Shown in pieces: positions 24,891-49,285 of a stretch of DNA of 64,000 nucleotides. Positions within the stretch are counted from its first letter, which is position 1, and the number at the start of each line of letters is the position of its first letter. This DNA is from the human T2T-CHM13v2.0 reference genome, Homo sapiens: assembly GCF_009914755.1 (NCBI RefSeq), contig NC_060941.1; one strand, written 5' to 3'. Below the pieces are notes generated by a model that did no database searches, was not told where the DNA came from, and worked only from the letters and a program-made list of their open reading frames with translations. The translations under genes and the position numbers were made by a program.

Positions 24891-26983
24891 ACATGATGTT
24901 TGGTCACGTGGGCTCCATTCATGAAGCGGCGACGCGGCCGGCCGGCGCTTAAAGGGGAAGGCGCGGCGGCGGGAGGGCAAACTGCGCATGCGCAACCCGC
25001 GCGCCGTCGTCCCTGGCAACACTGGCTGCTCTAGCGCCTGGCGGGGTCTCACGGGCGGGCCTGGGCGCACGGCCAAAGCGCCAGGTCTCCACCCCCAGCC
25101 CCCGGCGTCCTGCAGCCGGAGCCTGCCTCGCCTGGCTCCTGCGCCCGCCGTCCAGGGCCCCTGTCCAAGCTCGCGGACGCCGGCGGCGTTTTCCAGCTCG
25201 AGTGCTCAGCCTAGGGCAGGCTCTGCGTGCGCCCCCTCGAGTGCCGGCCTGGGCCCTGCCAGGCAGAGGCGCTCTTGCGTCAGGACGGCGCCGCCGGGGC
25301 CCCGCGATTCCAACTCGGGGGTCCCGGAGCGGCGCGGGGCGGGGACGGCCTGGCAGCTCCCAGCAGCGAGGGGCGATCCCCGCCCGCGCAGCAGACCCCG
25401 AGCTGCCCAGGCCCTTCCTGCGCCACGTGTACCCAGAGCTCCGCCCGGGGGAGACTTCGCTGCTTGTTGGAGATGCCCAGCGGTAGGGGGCGAGGACTCG
25501 GGAGGAAGATAAACGGGGGATCCCGTGTCTGGACTTTCTCCTCCACCCTCTTCCCTTCGCAGCTGTGAATCCTGGGAGGGGAAGGGTGGCCGCCCCGCCA
25601 GCAGGTGAGCGGGGAGGAAGGGGCGGGGACGGGCTGTGGGGTCCTCCTGGGCTCCGTCCATGAACAGGCCGGCCCCAAAGTCCCGAAGCCGTGAGGTGTA
25701 AGGCTCAGAAGCGTCCCTCCGCCTGTCCCTGCCAGACCCCAGGAACTCCTCCGAGCCCCACAGCACGTTGTCGCCGTGTGCGCTGTGGGGCTGCGTGTGG
25801 TTCTTACGGTGGTGTCCTTAGTCGTCGGGGACCTGCTCCCCCTGCTCTGGACACAGCCCGAGTCTCACAGGCTCTAGGGGCATGATATGGTCCTGGCGTG
25901 GCTTCCGAGGCCTCAACCTTAGTGTACAAAACAGCACACGGGGCCCTGAGGCCAGGAGTGCAGCTCCGTCTCCTGCCTCTCCTCCCTGCTCGCGTCCTCA
26001 TCCTACCACACCACACTGGGCTGGCGAGGGGAGGGCGCCCTGAGCCGCTGGGCATCCTGCTCCGCGGGAGGGTGAAGTCGTGCATTGCTGGGCGGTGAGG
26101 GCTAGGTCCACACAGCGGGGACCTGGCGGGCCCCCGAGTCTCCTCAGGACCCGCCCTCCGTGCCACACAGCGGGAGCTGGAGCCACGGTGCCGTCAGGAG
26201 CCAGGGGTGATTGGCCCTGGGGCTGGCAGCCCCCACCCCGCGGGCAGACGCTCACCAGGCTGTCCCCACTCACTCCCACACCCCAACTCCTCCTCACAGG
26301 GTCGAGCCCGCTCTCATTTGCACCTCCGCGCGAATTTGGAACGGATTTATGAATCGTCCTCACTGCGGTGCTGTCTTCTCCTGGGAAGGAGCCTCAGTCC
26401 TCCCCTCCCTGGGCACTGTCATAGAGATGGGCAGGACGGGCTGGGGAGGACACTCAGGGAGCTGCCCAGGCTCCTTTGCTGCCCCTCACCCCAGAATCTT
26501 CTTGGGGTGGGTGGGGTCCCAGGCACCTGCAGAGTAGCATACGGTGGCTTGTAGAAAGAGTATCGAGGGAGGGGAGGTGCCACGTGGAAACAGCCCAAGC
26601 CAAACCCCTAGGACCTGTCTCCCTGTCCTCCTAGAGAGCTGAAGGTGTTCCGTGGTCAGTGAGGGCTGGCACTGGCTCTGCACGAAGATCTCCTCACCTC
26701 CCCAGCGGCTCCTGGCCAGCTCCCCACGGAGAGCCCAGGACACTTGTCCCTGGACACAGTGGTGCAGCCATGCTTGGGCCAAACCATGAGGCCACCAGAA
26801 CCGCGAAAGGCTACTGTACTGAGAGGGATACTGCGAGAGAGGCCCACAGGTTTCCAAGCATCCCTCTCACTCCGCACACTCATCTCCACGACCGGCTTTA
26901 AGTGCGGCCTTGAGGCCTGGCTCCCTGTTTGGACTTCTCTGCACCTCCAGGAGCTCACTTCCCGTCACAGCTGGATGCCTCCT

Positions 26984-27217
26984 CCCGCAGGCACCTCCCG
27001 GGCATCCTCCCGCCCCAGGCTGCACCTTCTGTGGGACTGGCCCCCGCAGGCACCTCCCGGGCACCCTCCCGCCCCAGGCTGCAGCTTCTGTGGGACTGAG
27101 CCCCGCAGGCACCTCCCCGGCATCCTCCCGCCCCAGGCTGCACCTTCTGTGGGACTGAGCCCCGCAGGCACTTCCCCGGCATCCTCCCGCCCCAGGCTGC
27201 AGCTTCTGTGGGACTGA
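26984..27217. repeat. 59-bp minisatellite, 4 copies, in MAFG-DT exon 2
   Basis: Unit cccgcaggcacctcccgggcatcctcccgccccaggctgca(c/g)cttctgtgggactg starts at 26984, 27043, 27102 and 27161. Confidence 0.92.
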
Positions 27218-27542
27218 CCTTAAGACCCCATCGGTTCCTCCTGAGAGCAGCAGATCTCAGCCAGATGCTGCCGGGAGGGAGGTGCTAGCGTCCACACCCA
27301 GACGGGTCCAGTCCAGCCCTGCTCTCCCTGGTCTCCAGGCAGGGCCCTCCCAGGGTGGACATTGCCCATCTCTGCCTGGCCAGGGGCTGCTGACCCACTG
27401 GTTCCAGAGTCTGAGCCTGTCCTGCACAAGTACCATGGACAGGGGTCAGCCGGGCACTGAAGAGGCGTGGCAGAATTGGGCAGGGCAAGGGCCCCAGCTG
27501 GCAAGCTGGAGTCAGGGCAATTCCAACCAAGAAACTGCGGCA

Positions 27543-28260
<718 letters not shown>

Positions 28261-29418
28261 CTACCTGCCTCTGGCCTCTGCTTAATCAGGAACCCACAGT
28301 GGGAAAGCTCCTAGGGCCCGCCTGCTGAAGCAAACGCCTCCTTGCAAAGCCCGTCTGCAGCCCCCCACACACCTCCTCACCTCCCTGTGCTTCCTCTGGA
28401 GCCCAAGACCAGTCTGCCTCACTTGAAACCCGCGTCGCCTGCTGGCTTCCCTTGTGTCCCCGGACCAGAAGCACCTTTGGCAGCCCCGCGCCCCTCGTCT
28501 TGCTCTGCGTCAGCACCTGAGAATGGGCGCTAGCAGGGAAACTGGCTTTGAGGGGAATGGTCGGGGCAGCTTTGGTCCTGGGACAGGCGTGTGGCCTGTG
28601 GGACAATCTCTTCTGGGGGCACCTCTGCCCAGGTGGGAGGAGTTGCCAGGGTCTCCCAGCACTGCCAGGCACTTTGCTGGGGCAGGGGGTTATTCTATTG
28701 CTCACAGCCCTGACACAAGGGCATTCCCCACCCGCCCTGATGCCCACATCCACCCATACAGGAGGGGGCCTTCAGGGGAGCCTGCAGGGACTCCCGGCCC
28801 AGCACCGTCCATCTGTGTCCCCCGCTTAGCTCCTGCACTGCCAGATCTCAGCCAGACAGCAGGGACTCACCCCACCTACCGTCCCCTTTGTGCCTGGGTG
28901 TGGTGGGTACTCGTTTTATGGGGAGTGGCCAGGACTCTTGCCAGGGGGAGAGTGGCGGTGGAGGATGTACCCATGCCATCTGCCCTGCCGCAGCGTTTCC
29001 TCCCTGTTCCCCTGCATGTCTTCCCTCCCTCGGGGGAAACGCAGGATTCTGTTCCCCAAGCGCCCTCTACACGCCCCATATATACCAAGCATGGTTCTGC
29101 AGTGAGCCTATGGGGTCTCTGGAAATGAGTTCCCGGGATAAGTTCCAGAAAGTTGCTCAGCTCTCCTAACCCCTGCACACCCTGGAGCCCCCTGCATACC
29201 CTGACTCCTGGCGCACCTGGGACCCCCCTGCACACCCTGACACCCTGCTGCTACCCAGCCCAGCTCCCCTCACACAGTGTGCACTGCCTCTGGAGGGAAG
29301 GGGGCCTCATCTTGCTGTCTCCATACTCAGTAACTATGTGTTGGTTGAAGGAACCAGAGCACCCCTGGCCCTTGTAACCCAACCCTCAGCAGCTCCTCCA
29401 ATCCTGTGGGCCTCCTGG

Positions 29419-29630
29419 AATGGGTGATTGTATGTGTCCACTTGACTGGGCTACAGGGTGCCTGAGTGTTTGGTCAAACATTATTCTGTTTCTGGCAGGG
29501 GTGGGGAGGGGTTGCATGAGACTAACATTTGAATCTGTAGACTTTTGCATTAGATTACATTGACATTTTAATCAGTAAGGCAGATGCCCTCCAAGATGTG
29601 GGCGGGCCTTGTCTAATCAGTTGAAGGCCT
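29419..29630 (+). mobile_element. ERVL-class LTR fragment (MLT2-like)
   Basis: tatgtgtccacttgactggg...tttggtcaaacatt...gatgtgggcgggccttgtctaatcagttgaaggcct resembles the 5' part of the MLT2 consensus as recalled. Confidence 0.65.
29567..29572 (-). terminator. PYCR1: PYCR1 polyadenylation signal ATTAAA
   Basis: tttaat on the + strand, about 800 nt past the PYCR1 stop. Confidence 0.6.
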
Positions 29631-30038
29631 CCACTATTCCACCCACAGTAACCACCCTCCCACACAGGCAGGGCCTCCCTCCTCATGTGGCAGACAGAAG
29701 TCAGGACACTGGGGGCTGGAAACCAACTTATAAAACTGAAAGGGCCAGGACAGAACTGATAGCACCCTCCCAGGGAGGTCAGGAGCAGGAGGTGGTGGCC
29801 ACAGAAGTTCACCAGCAGCCCAAGGAGCCCTTTCCCCAAATGTCCATGGGATCTGCGTGCTTGGCAGCCAAGAGGGGCTGTGGCCCTTCACGCTGGACTT
29901 GGGATGCCTGGACCCTCTGGCCCTTCTCACACGGGAAGGAGAGGTTTCTCCCTGAATGGAGGGCAGGGAGGGGCCGGGAGGGGGCGTGGGATCCCACCTC
30001 TGCTGAGCCTTCACAGAGGGGGTCCTTGACCTTTGCTC

Positions 30039-30122
30039 TCAGGAAGGAGCCCGTGCCAGCTGATACTGGAGTAGGAGTGGGTGAAGACCCTCCGGGCTCC
30101 CGAGCTCTAGAGGAAGGTGGTC
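30039..30122 (-). CDS. PYCR1: Alternative C-terminal coding segment of PYCR1 (DHLPLELGSPEGLHPLLLQYQLARAPS; 316-aa isoform)
   Basis: Internal donor AAG|GTGAAG at 30466/30465 in the last exon joins acceptor tcAG|GAC at 30122, phase 0. Confidence 0.75.
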   Translation of the reverse strand, partial: DHLPLELGSPEGLHPLLLQYQLARAPS

Positions 30123-30372
30123 CTGACATGGTTTGGGAGCAGAGAAGAAAGGAGGTTGAGGTTGGGGAATCCACCCCTGTTCTGGGCTGGGAAGCACTTG
30201 CAGACCACAGAGATTTCCAGTGGGAAGTGATGTGGCCCCTCCCTGGCTATGTCCCTGGCTGGCCCCTGCGCTGATCAGAGCCACAGAAAGTGGGCCACTT
30301 TGGGGACCCCCTAGTCCCCCTAGTGACAAGAGAAGAGAAGGTGGTGGCAGGATGGTGGTCAGGCAGGACGTG

Positions 30373-34372
<4,000 letters not shown>

Positions 34373-34956
34373 TCCCGGAGCCCGACCCCAACCCAGCTAC
34401 CGTGCGCGGGTCGTACCCACCCCTCAGCGCTGCGGCCGCCACGCGGCACCCGCACCCAGGCCCCGCCCCCGTCGCGCCAGCGAATCCGGGCGCGGCCGCC
34501 AGGCGCTGGCCAATCAGAGCGCGCGGCGGCGCCAGAGCGGTTGCATCATCTGCGCGCCCCTCCCACGCCGACCGCCGGCCCTCGCCTCTCTCGCGCCCCG
34601 GGATCCCCCGGCCCCCGGATAGACACCCTCTCCGGCACGCGGTCCCCTGACCCGCGCTCCTCCTGGTCGCGCTTCCCGGGACCTACACGTGGGGTCCGAG
34701 GACGCGGGCGGAGGGGGCGGCCCGATTGGGGCCTGTGAGGGGCCCTCCACGCAGGGCTTTGTCTTGGGCCACCCGGACACGGACGCGTCCAGCTGGCGTC
34801 CCTGGGCGCGCGGCCGGCTCTCTCTGGGAATCAGTCCCTTCTACTGTCATCGAGTTTGGAGAAGCCCGGCTGTACAGCGTTTTCTTTCCTTTTTTTTTTT
34901 CCCTTGGGGGCAGAGTTGAAAATAATTTGCCAAGTGGAAGCATTTTAAATATATCA

Positions 34957-35354
<398 letters not shown>

Positions 35355-36821
35355 CTAAGCAAACGAAGGAAGCCCACCCCATCATGCCCCCACTCCCACG
35401 CAGCCCGGAGCATCCTCCAATACCCAAACCTCTCGCCTGCCTGGGTTTTAGGGGGAGTGAAGCTCCAGTCACTTCCCCCTGAGGACATGCTCAGAGTTCA
35501 TCTGATTCGGGCCTGCATCTGGGGCTCTGGATAGTCAGGGTCCCTGTCGGTGGCCAAGATTAAGGGCGAAGTCAGAAGGGATCACTGGCAGCCCATTCCC
35601 CTGCCAAGGGGTGAGAGGAGCTGCCTTATTTTTTCTGTGCTGTATCTTAGATGATGACAGGCTATTCTAGCACATCATTTCAGAAGGCCTGGGATGCTTC
35701 TGCCACAGCGGCAGGGCCACGCGTTCTGGCTATCTGTCTACCTGGTCCCCCCACCGTGAACACGTAATGACCACCACCAACACTGGGAGGCTGCTCTGTG
35801 GTGGCCATGGGAAGAGCTTGTCCAGATGGACAGCTCAAACCTGGGGCACGGAGGCTAGCATCGCCTAGGCGCTTTGAGAGCCAAGCTCCCCAGGCTGTTA
35901 CAAAATCACTTTTCCCCAAGTGATAACAGCAAGTAACACTTTTACCTAAAAACCCAAAAACCCAAAATGGACAGCCCTCTGGGCCAGGGATACACTGTCA
36001 AAAGGACTGACTCTGAAGGAAGTCTCCCAGCCCTGGGTCCCCTCCCCTTCCTTTCTGTCCCTCAGGACCTTTGCGAAGGTGGCAGAGGACCACCGGACAG
36101 GGAGGAAATTGGGAAGTTGGTGACAATTAACTCGTTTCAGAATTCTGGCCACATGAAAAAAAGGAGAGAAGGAGGCTGGGTCCTCTCCAAGACTGGTGCC
36201 CAGGTCTCCCCTGAGTCAGGAAGCAGGTGATCCCTATGCCCCCTCTGTATCGCCCTCAGCCAGCGGCAGGCCCTGAACAGCTGACTGCCCTCATCTGGGA
36301 TCTGCCATTGACCCCAAAACACCCACCCCCTCTGAGTAAAGGATGTCGGCCGGACCCTGTTTGTTGGCTAACGTGAGCGAGACCCCTCCTCAGCGGCCAG
36401 TGAGGCCCCTTCCTCACATTCTTCATGGCAGCAGCACAGGCCTGGCTGTGGGGACCGCCGTCTAAAAGGAGCAACAGTGCGTCTGTCCATCGCTGTGTCC
36501 AGGGCCTCTCGAGACCCCCAGATGGGCGTGGGGGAGGAGGTGAGTGCTGCGGGCCTCTGGGAGGGACGGGCATGAGCCACAGGCCCGTCGGAGCCAGGCT
36601 GGCCTGTCACCCCTGTGAGGCAGAAGACGCTGCCTGCCCCTTCCCCAGGAGGCTGCTCAGACCCTCAGGAGCCCAGCCTGCCCTGACTGTGATCCCAGGC
36701 CACTTCCTTCCTCAGCCTTCCCCCAGAGCACGCTAGGAGGGGCCGCCAGGAGGGGCAAGTGCCCACAGTCCCCTCAGAAGAGACTGCTGGTCCAGAGGCA
36801 GGGTACGTATAAATGTCAGCA

Positions 36822-36827
36822 TTTATT
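36822..36827 (-). terminator. MYADML2: MYADML2 polyadenylation signal AATAAA
   Basis: tttatt on the + strand, about 1.15 kb past the stop. Confidence 0.7.
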
Positions 36828-37976
36828 TCCTGCTCAAGGACGTCAATGGGGCCCAGTCAATGGGCTGAGGGGCTGTTGTGCCACTGCCCACCCGGCTTGG
36901 ACTCAGGGGTGGCCAGTGGGTCAGCTCCTGGCTGGACCAGGCTGGGCTTCTGTGCAGGAGAAGCTGGCTGGAGCCTGGAGGATGATGGCCCCGGCGTCAG
37001 GAGTTTCGGCAACTGGACCCTTGAGCAGAGGCAAGCAGTACCCAGATTCTGTGTCCAGCGGCCGCCCTCAGCCGGGCTCCCTCCCAGTGCCACAGATGCC
37101 CACAGTGCACAGATGCCCGCCGGGCACTGCTGAAGCTGCTTCGTCACAGCCAATGGTGAGTGTCCAGGTGGGGCTCCGTGGCTATGGCGGAACCAGGTCC
37201 TCCCCGTCCACTGTGCACTCGGTGCCGCCGGGCTCTGCAGGCTCTTCCAGGCCACCCGCGCCACCTCCAGCCTGCGGAGACTCCGGAGGAAGCCTGCTTC
37301 CAAACACTGTGGCTACCAGCCCAGAGGCTTCCCGGACGTGGGTGGGAGAGGCTGGTCCAGATTTCTGGCTCCTTCTCTGTGAGCTGGCACAGCTCCCCAG
37401 GCAGGGCTCTCTTCCCAGGGTTCTGGGAGCTGCCTCTCTGAACCAGGAGTGGTTCCGGCTCCCCACGCCCCTCCCTCCCCTTGCCTGGCCCAGCTACTCT
37501 CCTGGGTTCGTCTCCTCTGGAAGTCATTCCTCTTTCAGCTTGCCTTACCCAGCCTGACTGTGGTCTCCAGACACTAATGGAGGTACTGGGTGCCTCGCAA
37601 ATGCTTCTAGCCTCCATGTCCCCAGCTGCAAAATGGGTCACAACAGCAGCTGCTTTAAAGTTTTCCCTTATGATGTTCCAGTGACCAGCACTGAGCCCCA
37701 GGAGCGCTGGGAAATGGTGAGAGAGAGTGAGTTGGGGATTGGCCTAGGTGAGGCTCTCCCCTGCGTCTGCTCAGGGCCTCTGCCCTACTGTCCTGCCCTT
37801 GTCCCTCTGAGCCCAGTCTGGAAGTCGGGGAGCGACCTCTCCCGTTGTACTTCATCTCCCCTGAGCCCGCGGCTTCCCTCCTGCTCGCTACTTGACACTT
37901 TGGTTCACCTGAGTTTCCCTCGCAGAGCCTGGAGCTGGTGGCCAGAGAGCAGAGGTGGGTGGGCTGCCACTGTGGG

Positions 37977-38900
37977 CTACAGGCTGGGCACGAAGCGAAT
38001 CCTCTGGGAGTAGGCGAGGTCAACGACGTACAGGAGCAGGTTGACGTAGGTGAAGATGGCCACCACCAGCTGGCTGTCCCAGGGACAGCTGCCCCGAGCA
38101 CAGTTGGGGGGCCGTTTGGGCTCACCGTACTTGGGATCGAAACAGAAGACTGGCCAGATCACGGCGGCGCTGAGGTACAGGAGCACAGCCAGGAAGGTGT
38201 ACACCACCACCAGCCGGTCAAAGGGGCAGCCCAGGCCCCCTGTGTGGCCCATCACACTCAGGGCCACCACGGCCACTGTGGCCAGGAAGCACAGGCTGTA
38301 GACGGCCACGCACCACTGGGTGGCCACGTAGCGCCCGTAGCGGCTGTCATGGACCAGCGCCCCGAAGATGATGCAGGCCACGAAGGCCTGGACGATCTTG
38401 AGGAGCCCCGACACCGTGGCCATATAGCTGCTCACCTGGCCGGGCCGGGCCCGCGTCAGGGCCACCTCCACAGCGTAGGCCAGGAAGAGGAGCCCGGCGA
38501 AGACACTGGCTGCCAGGCGGAAGTCCCTGGCAGCACAGCCGGCGGGCTCGGGGGAACACTCCCGCCGGGCAAAGTACAGCGGATACAGGACCGCAGCCGT
38601 CGCGCATAGCAGGGTGGCCAGCATGGCGAAGGCGGCGGTGAAGTTGCCCCAGGAGAGCCGCAGGCAGCCGTGGAGCCGTGTGAACTCACAGGCCACCACC
38701 AGCGCAGAGACGGCGAAGCAGAAGCCCCAGGCGGCCATGCAGAAGGTGCCCTGGACGCCCGCAAAGCCACCCCGGTGGGCCACCAGGCTGAAGGTAGTGC
38801 AGCCAAAGGCCAGCTGCAGCACGCGGGCTGTGCCCACAGGGGATGTCACGGCGCCCAGGTGCAGGTACGCACCCCCAGGGGGCTCCATGGTGCTGCCCAT
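37977..38900 (-). CDS. MYADML2: Myeloid-associated differentiation marker-like protein 2 (307 aa, two MARVEL domains, single coding exon)
   Basis: ATG at 38900 (MGSTMEPPGGAYL...RIRFVPSL*). About 8 hydrophobic helices in two MARVEL-like repeats. The ORF-track start at 38912 is not an ATG. Confidence 0.93.
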   Translation of the reverse strand: MGSTMEPPGGAYLHLGAVTSPVGTARVLQLAFGCTTFSLVAHRGGFAGVQGTFCMAAWGFCFAVSALVVACEFTRLHGCLRLSWGNFTAAFAMLATLLCATAAVLYPLYFARRECSPEPAGCAARDFRLAASVFAGLLFLAYAVEVALTRARPGQVSSYMATVSGLLKIVQAFVACIIFGALVHDSRYGRYVATQWCVAVYSLCFLATVAVVALSVMGHTGGLGCPFDRLVVVYTFLAVLLYLSAAVIWPVFCFDPKYGEPKRPPNCARGSCPWDSQLVVAIFTYVNLLLYVVDLAYSQRIRFVPSL

Positions 38901-39079
38901 CTGGCCAGCCACGTTTCCAGCTCACACAGTCCCCCAAGGCCCTGGGGTCCCTGCTGGGCCAAGGCCCCTCAGTCCTCTGCGGTAGTGGCAGGTGCCTGCA
39001 GCCTGCAGAGGCAGTGACGACGGTGACATTGCAGCAGGGCAGCCTCTCTGCTGTCTATGTGAGGCGGCTCCCCCCAGCG

Positions 39080-39262
39080 CTATAAATAGACAGCCGTGAT
39101 CAGAGCCCCGGAATAGCAGCTTGCGTGCCTGTCCCCATCTTAGAGAGACATCTGACCCCTGGTCCCCTGTGGAGCCCCTGCCGGGACCATTAACCCATTG
39201 GCTGCTGGCACCACCCCCACCTCCGCCTCCCGCGCACCTGCATCTGTCAATCCGGTCAGTTG
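39080..39262 (-). promoter_or_regulatory. Candidate muscle-type proximal promoter of MYADML2
   Basis: MEF2/TATA-like CTATAAATAG at 39080-39089; CCAAT at 39197-39201; E-boxes at 39235-39246 and 39257-39262; PBX-MEIS-like GGATTGACAG at 39244-39253. Confidence 0.55.
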
Positions 39263-39735
39263 GTTTCACGCTTGTGGGGGAGGGGGAGGGAGAAGGAGGG
39301 GAGCAAAGAGCATGAGGGTCCCCACGGGGTAACCCCAGCTCCAGCAGCCTCCAGGGCCAGCTGTGGGGGGGAGGGGTGTAGGAGGCAGGAGGCGGCAGCC
39401 TGGGCTCCTGGGGCTCGCGGGGGTCGGGGATGGTTTCCCCAACATTTATCTCACCCCTTCTGGATGGCCGCGTGGTTCAGAGCCTGCATGGGCTTCAGGA
39501 TCCTGCTGTCATTGCCTGGGGTTCACAGGGTTCTGCTGCGGCCAGAGGAGCAGAGCATGGAGACCGTGGCCTCTGCTCCCCGAGCCCCGCTCCCCACCCT
39601 CATTCTGTCTCGTCCCTAACCTGCCTGGGGCAGAGACATTTGACTGTTAGTTACTGTTACTGTTTGCAGGGGCCATTCTGGGGCTTTTCACTTGTCCTTC
39701 ACATTAAACACCTAGAAAAACACTCAACTCTTCCC

Positions 39736-40860
<1,125 letters not shown>

Positions 40861-40987
40861 TTTGTTACTAAAAAGAGAAAGAAAAATTGCCTGTAATTCC
40901 ATCACCTGGATTCAACCACTTTGAACATCTTCTGGTATATCCTTGTATGTATTTCCTGGACTTTTTAGTTAGAAAAACTTAAATCCA

Positions 40988-44372
<3,385 letters not shown>

Positions 44373-44466
44373 CTTGGGACTGGCATCTGAAGTGGAGGAC
44401 ACTCTTGTGGGACTGAGACCTTAGCCTGCAGGATCGGGTACTGTCTCCAGGGAGAAAGCGTCACAA

Positions 44467-44650
44467 TGGAACAGAGTTGGAGGACGCCCAGCGGGTGTCC
44501 GCGGAGACTGGATGGAACCGGGTTGGAGGACGCCCAGCGGGTGTCCGCGGAGACTGGATGGAACAGGGTTGGAGGACACCCAGTGGGTGCCTGCGGAGAC
44601 TCGCTGGAGCAGGGTTGGAGGATGCCTAGTAGGTGTCCACTGGAGACTTG
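44467..44650. repeat. 46-bp tandem repeat, 4 copies, inside the LTR
   Basis: tggaacagagttggaggacgcccagcgggtgtccgcggagactgga-like units at 44467, 44513, 44559 and 44605. Confidence 0.88.
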
Positions 44651-44906
44651 CTTGGTGTTTGGGGAAAATCCCCACACACATTTTGGTGACCAGAGATGAA
44701 GTATTCCATGTTGGATGTTGACTGTTGAGTGTGTGAGAGCAGGGAAAACACTGTTTTTTTTTCCTGTCTCAGACACCAGCCCAGCCCTGGAGTCAGCCGT
44801 GTCTCCCAGGAACCTGGTTCCTTGTGTTGGGGGAATGGCATCAGAGACCAAGACATGGGGGCCAGGCACGCTTGTTGCTGCTGTGGTATACATTCACAAA
44901 CGTTAA

Positions 44907-45218
<312 letters not shown>

Positions 45219-45433
45219 TGGCTTTCTTTTTTTAAGTACAGAGTTTAAATTTGTAATGTTGTCACACAGTGGAAGTTCCCTGCTTTCAGTCCCTGAATAG
45301 CAAAGGCTATGCCTTGGCCATCGCTGCTGGAAGAGACACGGCTCAGTGTTGGATGAATGTCCTGACTGTTTTCGCCCCAGAGAATGAAAGGCGCCAACCG
45401 TCCTGGGAAAGGTGAGAAGTCAGCGTGGACAAG

Positions 45434-45688
45434 CTGGGGTGACCATCACTGCAGAGCTACAGGCCAGCGTCCTCTTCGTGTCCTAGGGCTCGTTTTGTTC
45501 CTGGTCCTGCAGGACAGCCTGGGGTCACCGTCACTGCGGAGCTACAGGCCAGCGTCCTCTTCGTGTCCTAGGGCTCGTTTTGTCCCTGGTCCTGCAGGAC
45601 AGCCTGGGGTCACCGTCACTGCGGAGCTACAGGCCAGCGTCCTCTTCGTGTCCTAGGGCTCGTTTTGTCCCTGGTCCTGCAGGACAGC
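45434..45688. repeat. 85-bp minisatellite, 3 near-identical copies
   Basis: Units start at 45434, 45519 and 45604 (ctggggtcaccgtcactgcggagctacaggccagcgtcctcttcgtgtcctagggctcg...). Confidence 0.93.
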
Positions 45689-46355
45689 ATGGCAGCGATT
45701 GACCGATTGACCATTAGGTGAGCTGCGCCTCTTTCTCTTTCGGCACAAATGTGGGAAGAAAGGGTTTATTTGTCGGTGAAATCCCTTTGGGCCCAACCCA
45801 CAAGTGTCCTGTTCAGTGAGCCTGGTCCCCCCAGACACACACCACCATCCGCCCTCAGGTCCCTTTCAGCCACCTCAGAGGAGCAAACATCACGCCTGCC
45901 AGACTGCAGTGCTCAAGCCAGAGTTGGCCAAGAGCCAGCACCTCGCATGTGGCTCCCCCAGCTCCCACAGCACGGCAGGGGTCCCAGCAAAGTCTCCCCA
46001 GACAGGGTGACAGCCAGGCCTCTTTCGGGCTCCCCAGCCCCCTCTCCCTCCCGAGCTCTGTCCTTGTGGGGAGTCCTGTCCAAGGCCCTGCCTGGAGGTC
46101 TGGCTCTGGAGGCCCCGAGAAGGAGGCCACCAGACTCCCCCGGACCCCTTCTCTCACCTCCAGCCCTCGGTCTCCACATCTCTGACCTTGTCGTCTCCAT
46201 TGGCTGCTGGGACTCCATGGATTCCCTCCAGAGACCACATAGGAGTGCTCCACAGGGGGATCGTGGACAGGCCACTTGGCTCTGCCTGGGGTGGCAGACA
46301 CCTGCCCACGGGCACCAGTCCTGTCTGGGTATTCTCAGGCCCAGGGCAGCCCTGA

Positions 46356-47730
<1,375 letters not shown>

Positions 47731-48251
47731 GCTTCATGTTTTTGCCCCAGGAATCCCACATCTGGGGTTTAGTCCACAGACATACTTGCCCTCATGCAAC
47801 GTGATGACCACACGACAAGGCTATGCACGTGCACCCTTTGCACCTGCGTGTGCCGCAGAGCCCTCCGCAGGCCCTGGACTGTCACACCTGCGGCAGCTCA
47901 CTGCGCGCCCCGAAATACAGTGTCAAGAGGAGGAGACACCAGTGTGTAGTGTGTAGCCATCTGTGTAAAAGAAAAAAATGCATGTATGTCAACGTGTGCA
48001 CCTGTTTACCGGAATTTTCACGAAATGATCTCTGGGAATATCCACAAGGTAACACTGTTTGCCCTTGGAAGCAGAGCCAGGGAACCTGAGCTGTGGGGGA
48101 AATGGGCATTCGCCCTCATATCTTCTGCATCTTTTGAATTTTGAACCATGTGCAGGAATGACCTAGTAGAAAGAAATAAAATGCAAATGTTTAAGGAATT
48201 GTCAGCTGGGTAGGAAGTGTTCTGGATTGATAAAGAGTTTTGAAACTAGGG

Positions 48252-49285
<1,034 letters not shown>

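Larger units (their letters stand above)
23950..25700. promoter_or_regulatory. CpG island and bidirectional MAFG / MAFG-DT promoter
   Basis: E-boxes GTCACATGAT at 24888-24897 and GGTCACGTGG at 24902-24911; NRF1 palindrome TGCGCATGCGCA at 24983-24994; (GCC)n at 24861-24877. Confidence 0.85.

Noticed and set aside
24988-25512. 174-aa ORF in MAFG-DT exon 1 as a hidden protein
   Set aside because: Its ATG is inside the NRF1 palindrome at or before the presumed TSS, and the composition is low-complexity CpG-island sequence. It would need ribosome profiling support.
26984-27217. Repeat arrays here and at 44467, 45434 and 52748 as CRISPR-like arrays
   Set aside because: They are head-to-tail repeats without unique spacers, with no cas genes, in a eukaryotic context: ordinary minisatellites.
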